Below the pieces are notes generated by a model. It ran no database searches. It had not been told where the DNA came from and was given only the letters and a program-made list of their open reading frames with translations. A DNA stretch of 64,000 nucleotides from Eledone cirrhosa. Lineage: Eukaryota. Of this stretch, positions 1 to 12,550 are shown in pieces. Position 1 is the first letter of the stretch, and each line of letters begins with the position of its first letter. The stretch lies in the NCBI GenBank assembly GCA_964016885.1, contig OZ024755.1, forward strand, positions 35,340,001 through 35,404,000, in the 5' to 3' direction. Made by a program: the position numbers and the translations under genes.

Positions 1-155
1 GTGGACCTACATCTCAGATATACACCTGTCCAGGTCCCAGATTGATTTCATTCTAGTGAGGAAAAAGTGGCAGAATAGTGTTCTGAACACAGAACCATAC
101 AACTATTTCAGTACAACTATTTCAGTACCCTGCCTTTCATAGGTTATAGACTCCA
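1..155 (+). mobile_element. LINE (probably RTE) AP-endonuclease C-terminal fragment, degenerate
   Basis: Translates QIDFILVRKKWQNSVLNTEPYNYFST, resembling the APE 'IDY/FIL...SDH' region; small internal duplication of tacaactatttcag. Confidence 0.55.
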
Positions 156-589
156 TACACTGGTGGTTTTTCCTTGTTTTATTGATGGCGCACTCTCTCT
201 CTCTAGTGTGTTACCTTTTCAACATATTGTATTTTATATATAGAAATAACTATTTTGATAAACTTTGTCAACACACAATAAATATTACATTTTCTGTTTG
301 AGAAACATGAATATTTAATAGATTGTTAAAGGTTATTTTGTAGTGTTTCATGGTGTAGCAGTTATATTCCTGTTGTAATGTGGTTGTTTTTATTGTTCTT
401 GTCTTTGTTGTTGTTATTTGGGGTTGTGGAGGGGTGGAGCAGTAATGTTTTGTTGTTGATGTCCATGAAATTGTTGTTATAGTTGCTGTTAGTGGCTGTA
501 GTTGTTGTTGTAGTTAGATGGTGTCTGTTGTTGTTGTTAGATGGTGTTGTTATTGTAGTTGTTATAGTTGTAGTTGCTGTTAGTGGTTG

Positions 590-1020
590 TTGTTAGATGG
601 TGTCTGTTGTTGTTGTTGTTAGATGATGTTAGATGGTGTCCGTTGTAGTTGTTAGATGGTGTCCGTTGTAGTTGTTAGATGGTGTCCGTTGTAGTTGTTA
701 GATGGTGTCTGTTGTAGTTGTTAGATGGTGTCTGTTGTAGTTGTTAGATGGTGTCTGTTGTAGTTGTTAGATGGTGTCTGTTGTAGTTGTTAGATGGTGT
801 CTGTTGTAGTTGTTAGATGGTGTCTGTTGTAGTTGTTAGATGGTGTCTGTTGTAGTTGTTAGATGGTGTCTGTTGTAGTTGTTAGATTGTGTATGTTGTA
901 GTTGTTAGATGGTGTATGTTGTTAGATGTTGTTTGTTGTTGTTAGATGGTGTTTGTTGTTAGATGGGGTTTGTTGTTGTTGTTAGACAGTGTCTGTTGTT
1001 GTTAGACAGTGTCTGTTGTT
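590..1020. repeat. 23-bp minisatellite (GTTGTTAGATGGTGTCTGTTGTA)n in GTT-rich low-complexity DNA
   Basis: Period 23 (unit starts 661, 684...), degenerate at both edges. Confidence 0.9.
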
Positions 1021-1415
1021 GTTGTTTCTTATCTCTTGTTTGTCAAAACTTATTGAACTTCTTTTTTAGTCTTCTCACTTTTGTGTTTATCTATGAAGTC
1101 ACACACACACACATATGAATATAAATGTGTGTGTATATATATATGTCCTCCAAAAATGTATAGACTTATTTATTTCTATAAATATATGAGTCCCAAAAAA
1201 GTCATAAACACACACATGTGCATATATGCAGATAAATTTGTATGCATATATATATGTGTGTGTGTGTGTGTCCCAAAAATGTATACACATATTTATTTGT
1301 ATAAAAATATATATGTCCCAAAAGGTCATACACACATACACACACATGCATATATGCAGATAAATTTTTGTGTGTATATATAGCCACATTCGATCGCAGC
1401 GCTGTTAGTTGCTAT

Positions 1416-1618
1416 CGTGTGTGTGTGTGTGTGTGTGTAGATATGCTTATGTGTGTGCGTGTGTGTATATATATATATGTATATGTATATTATTATTGTT
1501 GTTGTCATTATTATTGTTATTATTATTGTTATTAATGTAATGTGTGTGTGTATGTGTGAGTGTGTGTGTGTGTGTGAGAGTGAGAGTGAGTGTGTGTGTG
1601 AGAGTGAGTGTGTGTGTG

Positions 1619-1652
<34 letters not shown>

Positions 1653-1706
1653 TGTGTGTGGTGTGTGGGGGTGTGGGGGGGGTGTGGGGGGGTATATATA
1701 TGTATG

Positions 1707-1737
<31 letters not shown>

Positions 1738-1790
1738 TTCTTTTTTTTTTATTTATTTATTTATTATTATTTTTTTTTATTTTTTTTTTC
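1416..1790. repeat. Compound microsatellite (TG)n/(TA)n/(ATT)n/poly-T
   Basis: Directly visible; explains the VCVC/YIYI ORFs. Confidence 0.9.
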
Positions 1791-2175
1791 TTTCTCCTCG
1801 TGCAATGGCCATACTCGATAACGAGGGGGCAGCCATCATATATATATATATATATATATATCCCCAAAACTGTATTCACATATTTATTTGTATGAATATA
1901 TATATATGCTTGTCTGAAATGATAAGAAGATAAAGACAATCTATTGTGATATAATTATTAAAGGCGGGAAGGAGGCTAACTATTCTCTGATATATCTTTT
2001 GATCTTTTGGGGCAAAAACACTACTTAAAAGGAGGTTGAAGACTCAAAATACAAGGATGTTGGAATGGAGAGAATCTCCTGTATGGAAGCTAGGGTTTCA
2101 TGTATGAAAATAAACATAAAACCAATAATAATTGTAACATTATATAGGTTAGTCACAAAACAGTCACAAAGCAAA

Positions 2176-2365
2176 CAATTTTTGGGGAAAGGAAAAGTTG
2201 ATTAAATTGACTCCACTGCATTACTGGGACATCATTTCATCGACCCCGTAAGCATGAAAGGCAAAGGTAACCTTGGCAGATTTGAACTCAGAATGTAAAG
2301 GGTCGTAACTCTATGCCACTAAGCATGTTGTCTGACGCTCTACTGGTTCTTACAATCCACCACCC
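2176..2365 (-). mobile_element. tRNA-derived SINE family A, diverged copy
   Basis: Reverse complement of the family A consensus (B-box GAGTTCAAAT, GCCTTTCAT...GGGGTCGAT core). Confidence 0.8.
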
Positions 2366-2541
2366 ATTTTGTAACAGTACATATGATAGAGAAGGACATG
2401 AACACAAACATAAGAACCATAGTAATGTTTCCAAATTTATACATAGACCACATCATATGTAAAATACTTCCAATTGTACTCAGTGTAATTTCTGTACAAT
2501 ACACACAACAAATGCTCTACACAATTGTTACATAACCTACA

Positions 2542-2783
2542 CAGTGCTGGATTTACCATTATGCTTAGGTCTGCTTAAGCACAGGGCCCCATTGCCCAAG
2601 GGGGCCCATCTTCCTGCCCCCAAAATGTTTAACTTTTTTCAGGGTCCAAGTACAGGGCCTCATAACTTAACTAGCACAGGGCCTCATTTGTCCTAAATCA
2701 TAACTTAACTAGCACAGGGCCTCATTTGTTCTAAATCATAACTTAACTAGCACAGGGCCTCATTTGTCCTAAATCCAGCACTG
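2542..2783. mobile_element. hAT-like MITE with internal 38-bp tandem triplication
   Basis: 14-bp TIRs CAGTGCTGGATTTA / TAAATCCAGCACTG; 8-bp flanks aacctaca / aactcaca (6/8, decayed TSD); related copy at about 12672-12886. Confidence 0.75.
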
Positions 2784-3029
2784 AACTCACACATCATGAC
2801 AGTGGTAAATACAGAGGATGTTTGGAGGCTGGAGAGAATTGAAGCAAGTGCTCCATTAGATGAGTAAAGTTGGTGTGCATGAACAATGGGGCATGGATGA
2901 ACTGAGAGAAAAGCTGACATCAGATGTACTGTGCAAGAGAGGAGACTACACTGGTATGGACATGTGGAGGGGGTAAATTAAATCAACCCCAGTATTGACT
3001 GGTACTTCCTTTTATTGATCCCAGAAAGA

Positions 3030-3290
3030 TCATCATCATCACCATTCAATGTCCATTTTCCCATGCTAGCATGGGTTAGATAAGTTGTCCTACTGTGAGT
3101 ATTGCCTGGTCAGGTGACCATGTCTTGCTCACACAGAACTGTTTCTGGCTTGGTTTCTACGACTGGATGCTTTTCCGAATGCCAACTATATTTACAGTGT
3201 GTGCTAGATGCTTTTGGTCACGACACCTACACAACCACTTTACAGTGTGGACTGGGAGCTTTTTGTCGTGACACCTACACGACCACTTTG
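3030..3290 (-). mobile_element. Non-autonomous retroelement with RTE-type 3' tail
   Basis: (CAT)n then gtccattttcccatgctagcatgggtt...ctggatgc motif, shared with about 10 copies in the window. Confidence 0.7.
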
Positions 3291-3460
3291 TAATATTCAT
3301 TCATATAATGTTTCTATTTTGTTCATTGTTATATAATTGTTTCTAGTTTTGGCACAAGGCCAGCAATTACCCAGTGTATTACTGGTACTTTATTTTATCA
3401 ACCCCATAAGGATGAAAGGCAAAGTTAACCGGAATTTGAACTCAGAATGGCAAGGGCCAT

Positions 3461-3720
3461 ATATAATGTTTATATTTTTGTCACTAATTTTCTCCTTTTT
3501 CGTTTTCATTACATTTCACCATAATGCAGTTTATATATATCGTCTTTTTTAAATATATCATGGATTACTTTACTGATTACAGAGGAGAGTGTAACACAGT
3601 CTCTCTTCCATTTCTGTGCATAATCTCAATTAACATTTTATTTGATGTATCATATCTATATGTATATATATTTGCGTATAATATCAATATGCACACTACA
3701 CATGCTAGCAGAAAACCACC
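3461..3720 (-). repeat. Unclassified interspersed repeat (also 23505-23735 and 61456-61990)
   Basis: About 260 bp of alignable sequence (ggtggttttctgctagcatgtgtagtgtgcatattg...ggagaaaattagtgac) found three times. Confidence 0.7.
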
Positions 3721-4008
3721 CAAAGATGTAATGAGTTGTAACAAAATACTGCAATACTGTAATATTCTACCAATCCATCAAATTGTAATGATATTATAGA
3801 ACAACAGTGGAGAGACACTAACTCATAACTCTTCATCTGATTGAATATCATCAGATCCACTTCACCACTGACTTAAAGTGTTAACCCTATCATTATCAAT
3901 TTTATAATGAAATACGCATGAAATGTATTTGAATTAAGTAATGAAGAATTTGGAGGGGTTTACTAAAATCATTAATTATTTCATTATTAAGATGGTTCTT
4001 CTTATGAC

Positions 4009-4465
4009 GCTAAATTCCGCCAGTTGCAGACTGCGCATTAACATGAAATATCTCTCTCCACAAAGTTCGATCACCAACAGGAGAGTTCAAAGAGTAAAGA
4101 TCAAGTCCAGTCCATAAGTTGACATTGTCAAGCCATCGTTTTGGCTGCTGGCCTCTGCTTCTCTTACCAGCCAACCTTCCTTCCAGGTATAACCTACTCA
4201 CACCACGAGTTGATCTTTTTATATGGCCGTATAGTTTGAGTACTCTTGACTTGACAATTGATGTAAATGGTCTAAGTTTGGTAATGTTGAGCAGCTCACT
4301 GATACAGGTACGGTCACTGAGCTGCTTGCTAGTCATAAGTCTCATGATGTGGTTCTGGAATGTAGAGAGCTTCTGAAGTGACCTTGTCGTCCAATTAACA
4401 GAGTCAAGACCAGCTCACTGATACAGATACAGTCACTGAGCTGCTTGCTAGTCATAAGTCTCTTG
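4009..4465 (-). mobile_element. RTE-clade LINE ORF C-terminal fragment
   Basis: ORF 4010-4345 has RVLKLYGHIKR...LEGRLAGKRSRGQQPKRWLDNV...DRTLWR, the typical RTE C-terminus; related pieces at 13595-13790 (-) and 13965-14140 (+). Confidence 0.85.
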
Positions 4466-4764
4466 ATGGTATTTATAACAAAATTTAGCAGAAGGTGCTT
4501 ATGTCAAATTATATTGGAAATGTTTAGTTTAAATAGAAACCCTTTAAAATGTGTGGTTGTGTTTCATAGAACCAGAGGAAGTTTTGGGGACAGGTTGGTG
4601 TCAAAAGGGTTAATTAATTGCTTGCATAACTGAAGATGTAGATGTTAATACAAAGAATTTCTAAGTGGCCCTGAGGTAGCTGGTATTTAGCTCTGGTTTT
4701 ATAGAAATAAATAGAAGAGGGGTAAATCTTTCAATAGATGAAATATCTAGCAACAGTGCGATCC

Positions 4765-4942
4765 CACCACCACTTCTACCATCACCACCACCGCCATCAC
4801 CACCACCGCCCCCCCATCACCACCACCACCACCACTGCCACCACCATCACTGTCACCACCACCAAAACCGCCACCACCATCACTACCACCACTACCACCA
4901 CTACCACCACTACCACCACTACCACCACCACCACCATCACCA
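4765..4942. repeat. (CAC/CAT/TAC)n trinucleotide microsatellite
   Basis: Directly visible. Confidence 0.9.
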
Positions 4943-5649
4943 ACAGTAACATATTCCCACCATGCTACTCTTCTATAAAGATATGCCTGCCTCTTGTAAA
5001 TGTTTCTGATGTGCCATTAATATTCCATCCTCCAAAACTGGCCAACATTGTTGTTAGTTCCAGAATGAGAGATTATTAGAAGGCACCATCTATCATATTC
5101 TTTAGATAACGTAGATATATTGCTGTAAAGAACTGTCACTAGCAGAGAGAGGCCTTTGTTCTGTAGATGCTCTTAAATGAGTTAATCATATCCATGTGGT
5201 GTAAACTCATGGAATCTAATGGAATTTTAAATCCTTACATTTTTGGCAAGATAGATAGCTTGTGGAAACAATTTTATAGACAGTGGCTTGGACCAGGCAA
5301 GGGGATTCTTGGAAATGAATTTCATTCCTGAGAGTGAAAGAATGTGTATGTGTGAAAGAGAGAGAGAGGGTGGCTGCAAGAGAGAGAGCGGGGTGGCTGC
5401 AAGAGAGAGAGATAGAGCAGAGAGAGAGAGATAGGGCAGAGAGAGAGAGACGGGGCAGCAAGAGAGAGAAGAGAAGGAGGTAAGCAAAGGAAAGAAATAA
5501 GAAATCAAAGGGCTGGTTTTATGTACCTTTGGTTATCTTATGTTTTGCAACAATATGTCAGACAAAGGGAAACCATAGAAGAGAGAAAGTGAAAGGGATT
5601 GAAAGAAATAGGGAACTTACAGACGTCTACATGAATGTGTGTATATGTA

Positions 5650-5999
5650 TCATCATCATCATCATTATCATTTCATTTTACATCCGCTTTTTCCCTGCTT
5701 GGAAGGGTGGGAGAGGAACTGATTCTGGCTTGATTTCTACAGCTGGATGCCCTTCCTAACACCAACCTCATTTACAGTGAGTGCTGGGTGCTTTTTTGCC
5801 GTGGCACCTCCACGACCACTTTGCAGTGGAATGATAGGGACCCCAGTCCCTATCATCTCATTTCTACAGCTGAGTAAACTGGAGCAATGTGAAATAAAGT
5901 GTCTTGCTCAAGGAAACAACACATCACCAGGTCTGAGAATTGAACTCACAACCTTTCGATTGCAAGGCCAATACTCTAAACACTAAGCCATGTGCCTCC
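5650..5999 (-). mobile_element. CORE-like tRNA SINE fused to an RTE-type tail
   Basis: Reverse complement of 35993-36325: tRNA head, CCTTGAGCAAGACACTT...CAGTTTACTCAGCTGTAGAAATGAG core, ends in (GAT)n. Confidence 0.8.
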
Positions 6000-6029
6000 A
6001 TATATATACATATATATATATATATGTAT

Positions 6030-6063
<34 letters not shown>

Positions 6064-6217
6064 ATATGCAGAGGTTATATTTAATTTGTTGGGATTCAAC
6101 AAGCTTAAAAATCTTTATAACTGATATAAAGCACTCAACAAGTTAGTGGAGTAAATATATAATATATTAATAAATGAAAACTATATTTATAAAACCATAA
6201 TTATTTTTTTATATATT

Positions 6218-6277
6218 TTTTATCTGATGAAAGGGCACCATAATTTACCTTTGTCGCCCTTGAAATATATAATAAAA
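6218..6277 (+). ncRNA. Minimal type I hammerhead ribozyme
   Basis: Stem I uuuuau/auaaaa; CUGAUGA 6224-6230; stem II aagggc/gcccuu; GAAA 6262-6265; palindromic loop 3 UAUA; UA, with predicted cleavage after 6271. Confidence 0.8.
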
Positions 6278-6361
6278 TAATTATGGTTTTATAAATATAG
6301 TTTCCATTTATTAATATATTGTATATATATATATATATATATGTGTGTGTATATATATATG

Positions 6362-6410
<49 letters not shown>

Positions 6411-6423
6411 GTATATATATATG

Positions 6424-6465
<42 letters not shown>

Positions 6466-6510
6466 TGTTTGTGTATATATATATATATATGTGTGTGTAT
6501 ATATAAGTAT

Positions 6511-7494
6511 ATTTTACTGAAATATCCAGATGACATCAAGCTGTACCTTGAAATCAAAAGGACTGATCCTGAAATCTACAACTCTTTCCTACAATCAGAC
6601 CTGGACACAATGCAGCAATGGATCACAGACTGGCAACTGAAGTTGGCTGTGGACAAGTGCACCACTATGCATTTTGGGAGGAAAAATCCAGCGTCCACAT
6701 ACTCCCTCCACAACACTGATATCAAGAAGTCCTCTTGTGAACGTGACCTGGGCATTATGGTCAGCAGCGATTTGCGTTGGACAAAGCATGTCTCTAAGAT
6801 TGTCAAGAAGGCCGAGGGTGTCTTGGCATCCCTCAGCAAGACCTTTGTTAGCCGCTCTCCAGCCATCTATTTAAAGCTGTATACAGCTATGGTACAACCA
6901 CACTTGGAATCTGCATCATCAGTCTGGAACCCCTATCTTGCTCAGAACATTGACCTCCTGGAGACTGTTCAGAGACGTGCAACCAAGCGCATACCCTCCA
7001 TCAGACACCTACCATACTCTGAACGCCTTGCTTCCCTGGGCATGGATTCATTGAAGCTCCGACGTCTGGCAATGGCCTTGGTAAACACCCACAAAGTTAT
7101 TAACCATCTCGCCAAGAACAACCCTGAGCACCTTTTTGATCTCCATGTGTCTAACACACGTGGACATGCCTACAAAGTCAGAAAATAGCACAGCTCCCAT
7201 GACTTTCATAAACATTTTTTCACGCTCAGAGTTGCTGAAGCATGGAACAAACTGACTGCATCAGTTATTAGCTGCTGAGACACTTCATCCTTTAAAACCC
7301 TCATGCTTCCTGAAATTCGCCAAAACTACACCTGATGTACCCCTTCCATACACATGCACACGTGTATATCATGACTCATGCACTGTTCATTTTCCTGACG
7401 TTTGTACATTACCCTATGTACTATACATACACCTTTGATGAGTTGTAGTGCACCTGAGCACTGTACACAATATTTCATTATTATTATTATTATT
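6511..7494 (+). mobile_element. 5'-truncated CR1/L2-group LINE: RT C-terminal half, 3'UTR and (ATT)n tail
   Basis: YPDDIKLY (YADD motif decayed), LQSDLDTMQQW..W, ERDLG, YTAMVQPHLE..SSVWNP, LETVQRRATK, YSERLASL, TRGH; premature stop at 7186, with the frame continuing FFTLRVAEAWNKL to about 7335. Confidence 0.9.
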
Positions 7495-7736
7495 ATATAT
7501 ATATATGTATATATATGTATATATGTATATATATGTATATATGTATATATATGTATATATGTATATATATGTATATATATATGTATATATATATGTATAT
7601 ATATATGTATATATATATATGTATATATATATATGTATATATATCATCATCATCACCGTTTTACGTCCGTTCTTCCATACTAGCATGGGTTATATGTATA
7701 TATATATATATGTATATATATGTATATATATATAGC

Positions 7737-8010
7737 CGCGATGAATTAGTTTTGCGAGGTTTTTTATATGAAATCTTGTGTTGAAACAAATATTGTTATA
7801 CTTGGGGAGGGTCATATTTGTGTAATATTGCCAGAATTAATAACAGAACACACTCACTGTTTGGTTGGTTTTTGCTTCTCGCTGTCTTTTATATCGGTAA
7901 TCTAACTTACTCGAGACAGCGAGAAGCAAAAACCAACCAAACAGTGAGTGTGTTCTGTTATTAATTCTGGCAATATTACACAAATATGACCCTCCCCAAG
8001 TATAACAATA
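7737..8010. mobile_element. Fold-back relic of a putative Penelope-like element end, embedded in (TA)n
   Basis: About 98-bp inverted arms 7790-7887 / 7914-8010 with a 26-nt spacer; same family at 55405-55810 and 56788-56920. Confidence 0.65.
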
Positions 8011-8057
8011 TATATATATATATATATATAGATGATGATGATATGTATATATATATG

Positions 8058-8117
<60 letters not shown>

Positions 8118-8534
8118 CATTGTATATATATATATTGTATTTTAAAGAGCTCAGGATCTCTTCTCCTTTGAGCACATTATTTACAGGGAATAGCGAGGGC
8201 CTATGCCTCCATTAATTTATCGTGATATTTCGCTCCTAATAACAGTCATTCCTATCTCTGTTTGGTTGAGCACACTTCTCTGAATGGCTTTGGGCTGCCC
8301 TTTCTTGCAGTCTGTCCCTCAGAGGCCACTGGTTCACTGCCCTTAAACACGCTGTGACTTCTCTCTCCAACGTGTAGCTGGACAGTCAATTTTTAAATTC
8401 TCTTAGTGTTGTCTGAAATGTATAGCCTTACACACACTCATGAACCGAGACTAATCCATTTCTTTCAACAAATTATTGGTGAAACACATCTTTGGATTTG
8501 TACGTGTGTTATATAGTTATAGAGGTATATGACA

Positions 8535-8925
8535 TACCAGCCGAAAGACCCAAGCCTGGCTATCAGAGAACTTCGTCGACCACCCTTCACCTGACATCTG
8601 GCCTCCCAGCTCGCAACCCCCTCGACTTCTTTGTGTGGGGCGCAGTGGAACGTGACACCAACAGATCTAGCTGCAATACGAAAGACGATCTGAAGGCCAG
8701 GATCACAAGTGCCTTTAGGGGCCTAAGTCGGGGGACAGTGATGAAGGCCTGTAGCCGGTTCCGAGGCCGCCTTGAGGCCGTCATCAAAGCCAATGGCGGG
8801 TTTATCGAGTGAGATCGAAAGAACAAACTGACCCAAGTTTGATAAATATATCTTAAAAATTAAAACTACTGTGTTAATTTTTCCTAGACAGTAATCTTGC
8901 GAACAAATATCGTCCGCACCCTGTA
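8535..8925 (+). mobile_element. Tc1/mariner-superfamily transposase 3' fragment with right terminus
   Basis: TQAWLSENF..SPDIWPPSS (frameshift) NPLDFFVWGAVE...LKARI...ACSRFRGRLEAVIKANGGFIE; ends CACCCTG+TA. Confidence 0.88.
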
Positions 8926-9206
8926 TAAATAATAAAAATCTTTACACGCACAAAACCCACATCGTACCGTCCTGTACCGTCCTGTGCTGTCTAATGTTTT
9001 TCTTAATGTCAGCCCTTGTGGCCAATAAAGAAATCATTATTACTACTACTACTATTATTATTAGTAGTAGTATCGTTGTTGTTGTATTCTATATTTATTT
9101 TACGAAACAGTTATTCAAATATATAAGAAATGTATTTTATAAAGATTACTTTTAGCAGATGTAAAATAATAATGGCGATGATGATTGTTATTTTTGGCAG
9201 TTTGAA

Positions 9207-9760
9207 GGGCAGTGGATCAGCAGGATATAGTCGAGCATCAGACACTATGCTTTATGGTATAGGGTTACGTCCCTTTATGTTCTGAGTTCAAATCCCGCCG
9301 AGGTTAGCTTTGCCTTTCATCCTTACAGGGTCGATAAAATAAAGTACCAGTAATACACCGGGGTCGATTTAATCGACGTTCCCCCTCCCCCCAAAATTGC
9401 TGGCCTTGTGCCTATAGTAGAAATCACTATTATTATAATTGTTGTTTTTATCTGAGTTCAAATCCCGCCGAGGTTGACTGTCTTTCATGCTTACGGGTGC
9501 GATAAAATAAAGTACCAGTAATGCACTGGATTAATTGCTGGCCTTGTGCCTAAAGTAGAAACAATTATTGTGTAGCGGTGAATTGGCAGTATCGGTAGAG
9601 GGTCGGACACCATGCTTTGACGTATAGCCTTTGCCATTCTGAGTTCAAATCTCGCCGAGGTTAACTTTGCCTTTCATGCTTACGGGGTCGATAAAATAAA
9701 GTACCAGTAATGCACTGGGTAATTGCTGGCCTTGTGCCTAAAGTAGAAACAATTATTATT
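9207..9760 (+). mobile_element. Three tandem SINE family A copies (9207-9432, 9451-9568 partial, 9575-9760)
   Basis: A-box TGGCAGTATCGG, B-box GAGTTCAAATCC, core GCCTTTCATCCTTACGGGGTCGATAAAATAAAGTACCAGT, tail GTAGAAACAATTATT. Confidence 0.9.
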
Positions 9761-10479
9761 GTTGTTTTTAATTCTCTTTTTTAATTTAGGAAACAGCTAT
9801 TCAATTAAAAAGACAAAGAAAAACAAAGAACACCTGTGGCACTCTGAACAGGAGGAAAAATATCTCTACGACTCTATTGAATTTCTTTTTAAAATTGAAA
9901 CAATCATTTAGTGCCCTTTACAAACCAACTGATGTGAGGCTGTAGCCTTAATTCTTTTACAAAAGATAATAGAAATGAAATAATAGCGATGATGAAAGCA
10001 AAGCAGTGATAATGATGACAACAACAACAACAACGTCAACAATAAGATGTGGTTACAGTGAGAGGAACAGCAATGACTGTGATATATCATTGTTTCAAGC
10101 CACTACTGCCACCATTGGTGGCATCACAGCAGCAGTCAGTGTTCCTATTGACTACAGCATCATGCGCGATTTATGGAGGAGTGTATGTTTGTATCTATAG
10201 GCTTTATGTGACTGGGTTGTAATTGATGAATTCTAAGATCTGGTTTCAACTCTCAAGTCTCTACCATCTTATTTACAATCATCATCATCATCATCATCAT
10301 TTCATTTTAGCGTCAATTCTTCCACGCTTGAATGGGTTAGATGGGTTGTCCATGCTGGGAGGCATGTCTGACCATGATTAGCCATGTCACACCTTGCTCC
10401 AGTGAGGATTGTAAATTTGGTCAGGTATTTTACAACTGGATGCTCTTCCTAACACCAATGTTGCTACATGGAAGTGAAA

Positions 10480-10965
10480 CATAGACGCTTTCATCCAAAC
10501 AGCAAAAACACCTTGATGTCACCTACACTCACCTGCTTCGACACATTCAGAACATAAGCAGGTGACATCTGCCTTTTAGAGAGATATATGCTGGCCTCCC
10601 ACGCATATCTGTCGTTGTACCTAACAGGAGAGTAAGATTTGCTGGTCACTGCTATCGTGCCACCTACTAGGCTGTGTCCCCATTAGTGCTTTGGAAACCA
10701 CAAGCAGTCACTAATAACAGGGGGCACAAGCTCTCCTATCCTGATTTGCTGGCCACTGCCACCGTGCCACCTCTGAGGTTGTGTTCCCATTAGTGCTCAA
10801 GAAACCACAAGCAGTCACTAATAACAGGGGGCACAAGCTCTCCTACCCCGATGTCATCTCCAGAGATTCTGGTATTGAAATCCAGGACTTGGCAATGGCA
10901 ATGAACGACAGACCCACGTGGAGATCAATTGTTGAGTCCATCTTGGCTGAGGCCCCTGCATGATG
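10480..10965 (+). mobile_element. RTE-like LINE 3' fragment with internal duplication
   Basis: RRVRFAGHC...LVLWKP...GHKLSYPDVISRDSG...AMNDRPTWRSIV; same family inverted at 13100-13392. Confidence 0.8.
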
Positions 10966-11176
10966 AACACCAACCACATGTGTGGATATCATTTCTGTTT
11001 AGCATCAATTCTTCCATATTCGCATGGGTTATTACACTCTTTAACCCTTTTTATAACAAACCCTCCCCAGTTCTATGAAACAACCCCATCCAAAGGGTTC
11101 CTACTTAAATTAGAATCTGACAAAATAATTTGATATCAGAACCTTTTGTTATTTTACGAATAATTTCTTAATATCT

Positions 11177-11455
11177 AATCTAATCTGGCCGAGTTTACAC
11201 TCGCAAATAAGAAGAACCAGGGTCGCCCCTAGAAGCATTGAATTTGGTGTACTTCATATTTGTTTCGGTTGCTGAATACAATCAGGGGTCTCTGCTTCTC
11301 CTGAAGGTCAATAGATCTTTTCTAACTCGAGCAGGAACACCTTTCCATTGTCAATTTGTATTGATCATCTGTAAAGACACATTGTTCTCAGAACCACTAC
11401 ACCAGTCTTTTTATGTGTGCAGCTGGAACTACTGCCACCCATTCATTTGGCAGCA
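11177..11455 (-). mobile_element. Headless 3' part of CORE-like SINE family with (TAGAT)n tail
   Basis: Matches 40345-40630, 45815-46090 and 51040-51322. Confidence 0.8.
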
Positions 11456-11477
11456 TATTTAATATTTGAATAATTAA

Positions 11478-11685
11478 TAATGGTTTCTACTTCAGGCATA
11501 AGGCCAACAATTTGGGGGGAAGGGAAAGTCAATTAAATCAACCCCAGTGTGTTACTGGTACTTTATTTTATCGAATCCCATAAGGGTGAAAGGAAAAGCT
11601 AACCTCGGCAGGATTTGAACCCAGAACGTAAAGGGCCATAACGCTATGCCGTTAAGCATGATGTCTGATAATCTACCGATTCTTC
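11478..11685 (-). mobile_element. SINE family A copy
   Basis: Reverse-complement match to the family consensus. Confidence 0.85.
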
Positions 11686-11914
11686 CAAGTATTTTAGTAA
11701 ACCCCTCCAAATTCTTCATTTTAATTAATTAAAATACAGTGAACTTCTTTATAAATACAGTAATGAAAGTGTAAATATCTTTTGTAAAATTATTAATGCT
11801 ATAACAACACTGATTATGTTTCCTTTAGGGTATTCTGCATGATGTTGTTGGTGTCTGTTCTTTCTACTCAGATAAATATGATTGATCTATCAGTAATTGA
11901 CTTTCATTATTGTG

Positions 11915-12106
11915 TAGCGGTGGATTGGCAGTATCGGTAGAGGGTCGGACGCCATGCTTTCCAGCATAGTTATGTCCCTTTACGATCTGAGTTCAAATCC
12001 CGCCGAGGTTGACTTTGCCTTTCATCCTTACAGGATCGATAAAATAAAGTACCAGTAATGCACTGGGTAATTGCTGGCCTTGTGCCAAAAAGTAGAAACA
12101 ATTATT
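11915..12106 (+). mobile_element. SINE family A, full-length reference copy (about 190 bp)
   Basis: GCGGTGGATTGGCAGTATCGGTAGAG tRNA-like head, B-box GAGTTCAAATCCC, conserved core, (ATT) tail. Confidence 0.92.
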
Positions 12107-12362
12107 GTGTAGCTTCTCTTTCTATAGTTCATACTTTTCTTTTGGTGTGTGTTATACACGAAAACATAGACATCATATTAAATATATAGAAATATAAGTC
12201 CCTATATATACATATATACATACATACACTTACTGCTTCTACCTGAAATGTAAACAGGAAGGCAGAGACTTATCAGACCAAACAACATTCGAGCATCGCA
12301 TCCTAGCTCTCTGACAACATCTACAAACCGCTGGGCATCTATAGAACACATCTGTCAAAAAG

Positions 12363-12550
12363 ATTTCTACTATAGACACAAGGCCAGTAATTTGGGGGGA
12401 CGGGAAAGTGGATTAAATCGACCCCCAGTACATTACTGGTGCTTTATTTTATTGACCCCGTAAGGATGAAAGGCAAAGTTGACCTCGGCGGGATTTGAAC
12501 TTAGACCCTAAAGGGGCGTAACTCTATGCTGCAAAGCATGGCATCTGACC
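12363..12550 (-). mobile_element. SINE family A copy
   Basis: Reverse-complement match; inverted relative to 11915-12106. Confidence 0.85.

Noticed and set aside
6319-7188. 289-aa ORF as a functional reverse transcriptase gene
   Set aside because: N-terminus is microsatellite, the RT is 5'-truncated with YPDD and a premature stop; a dead LINE copy.
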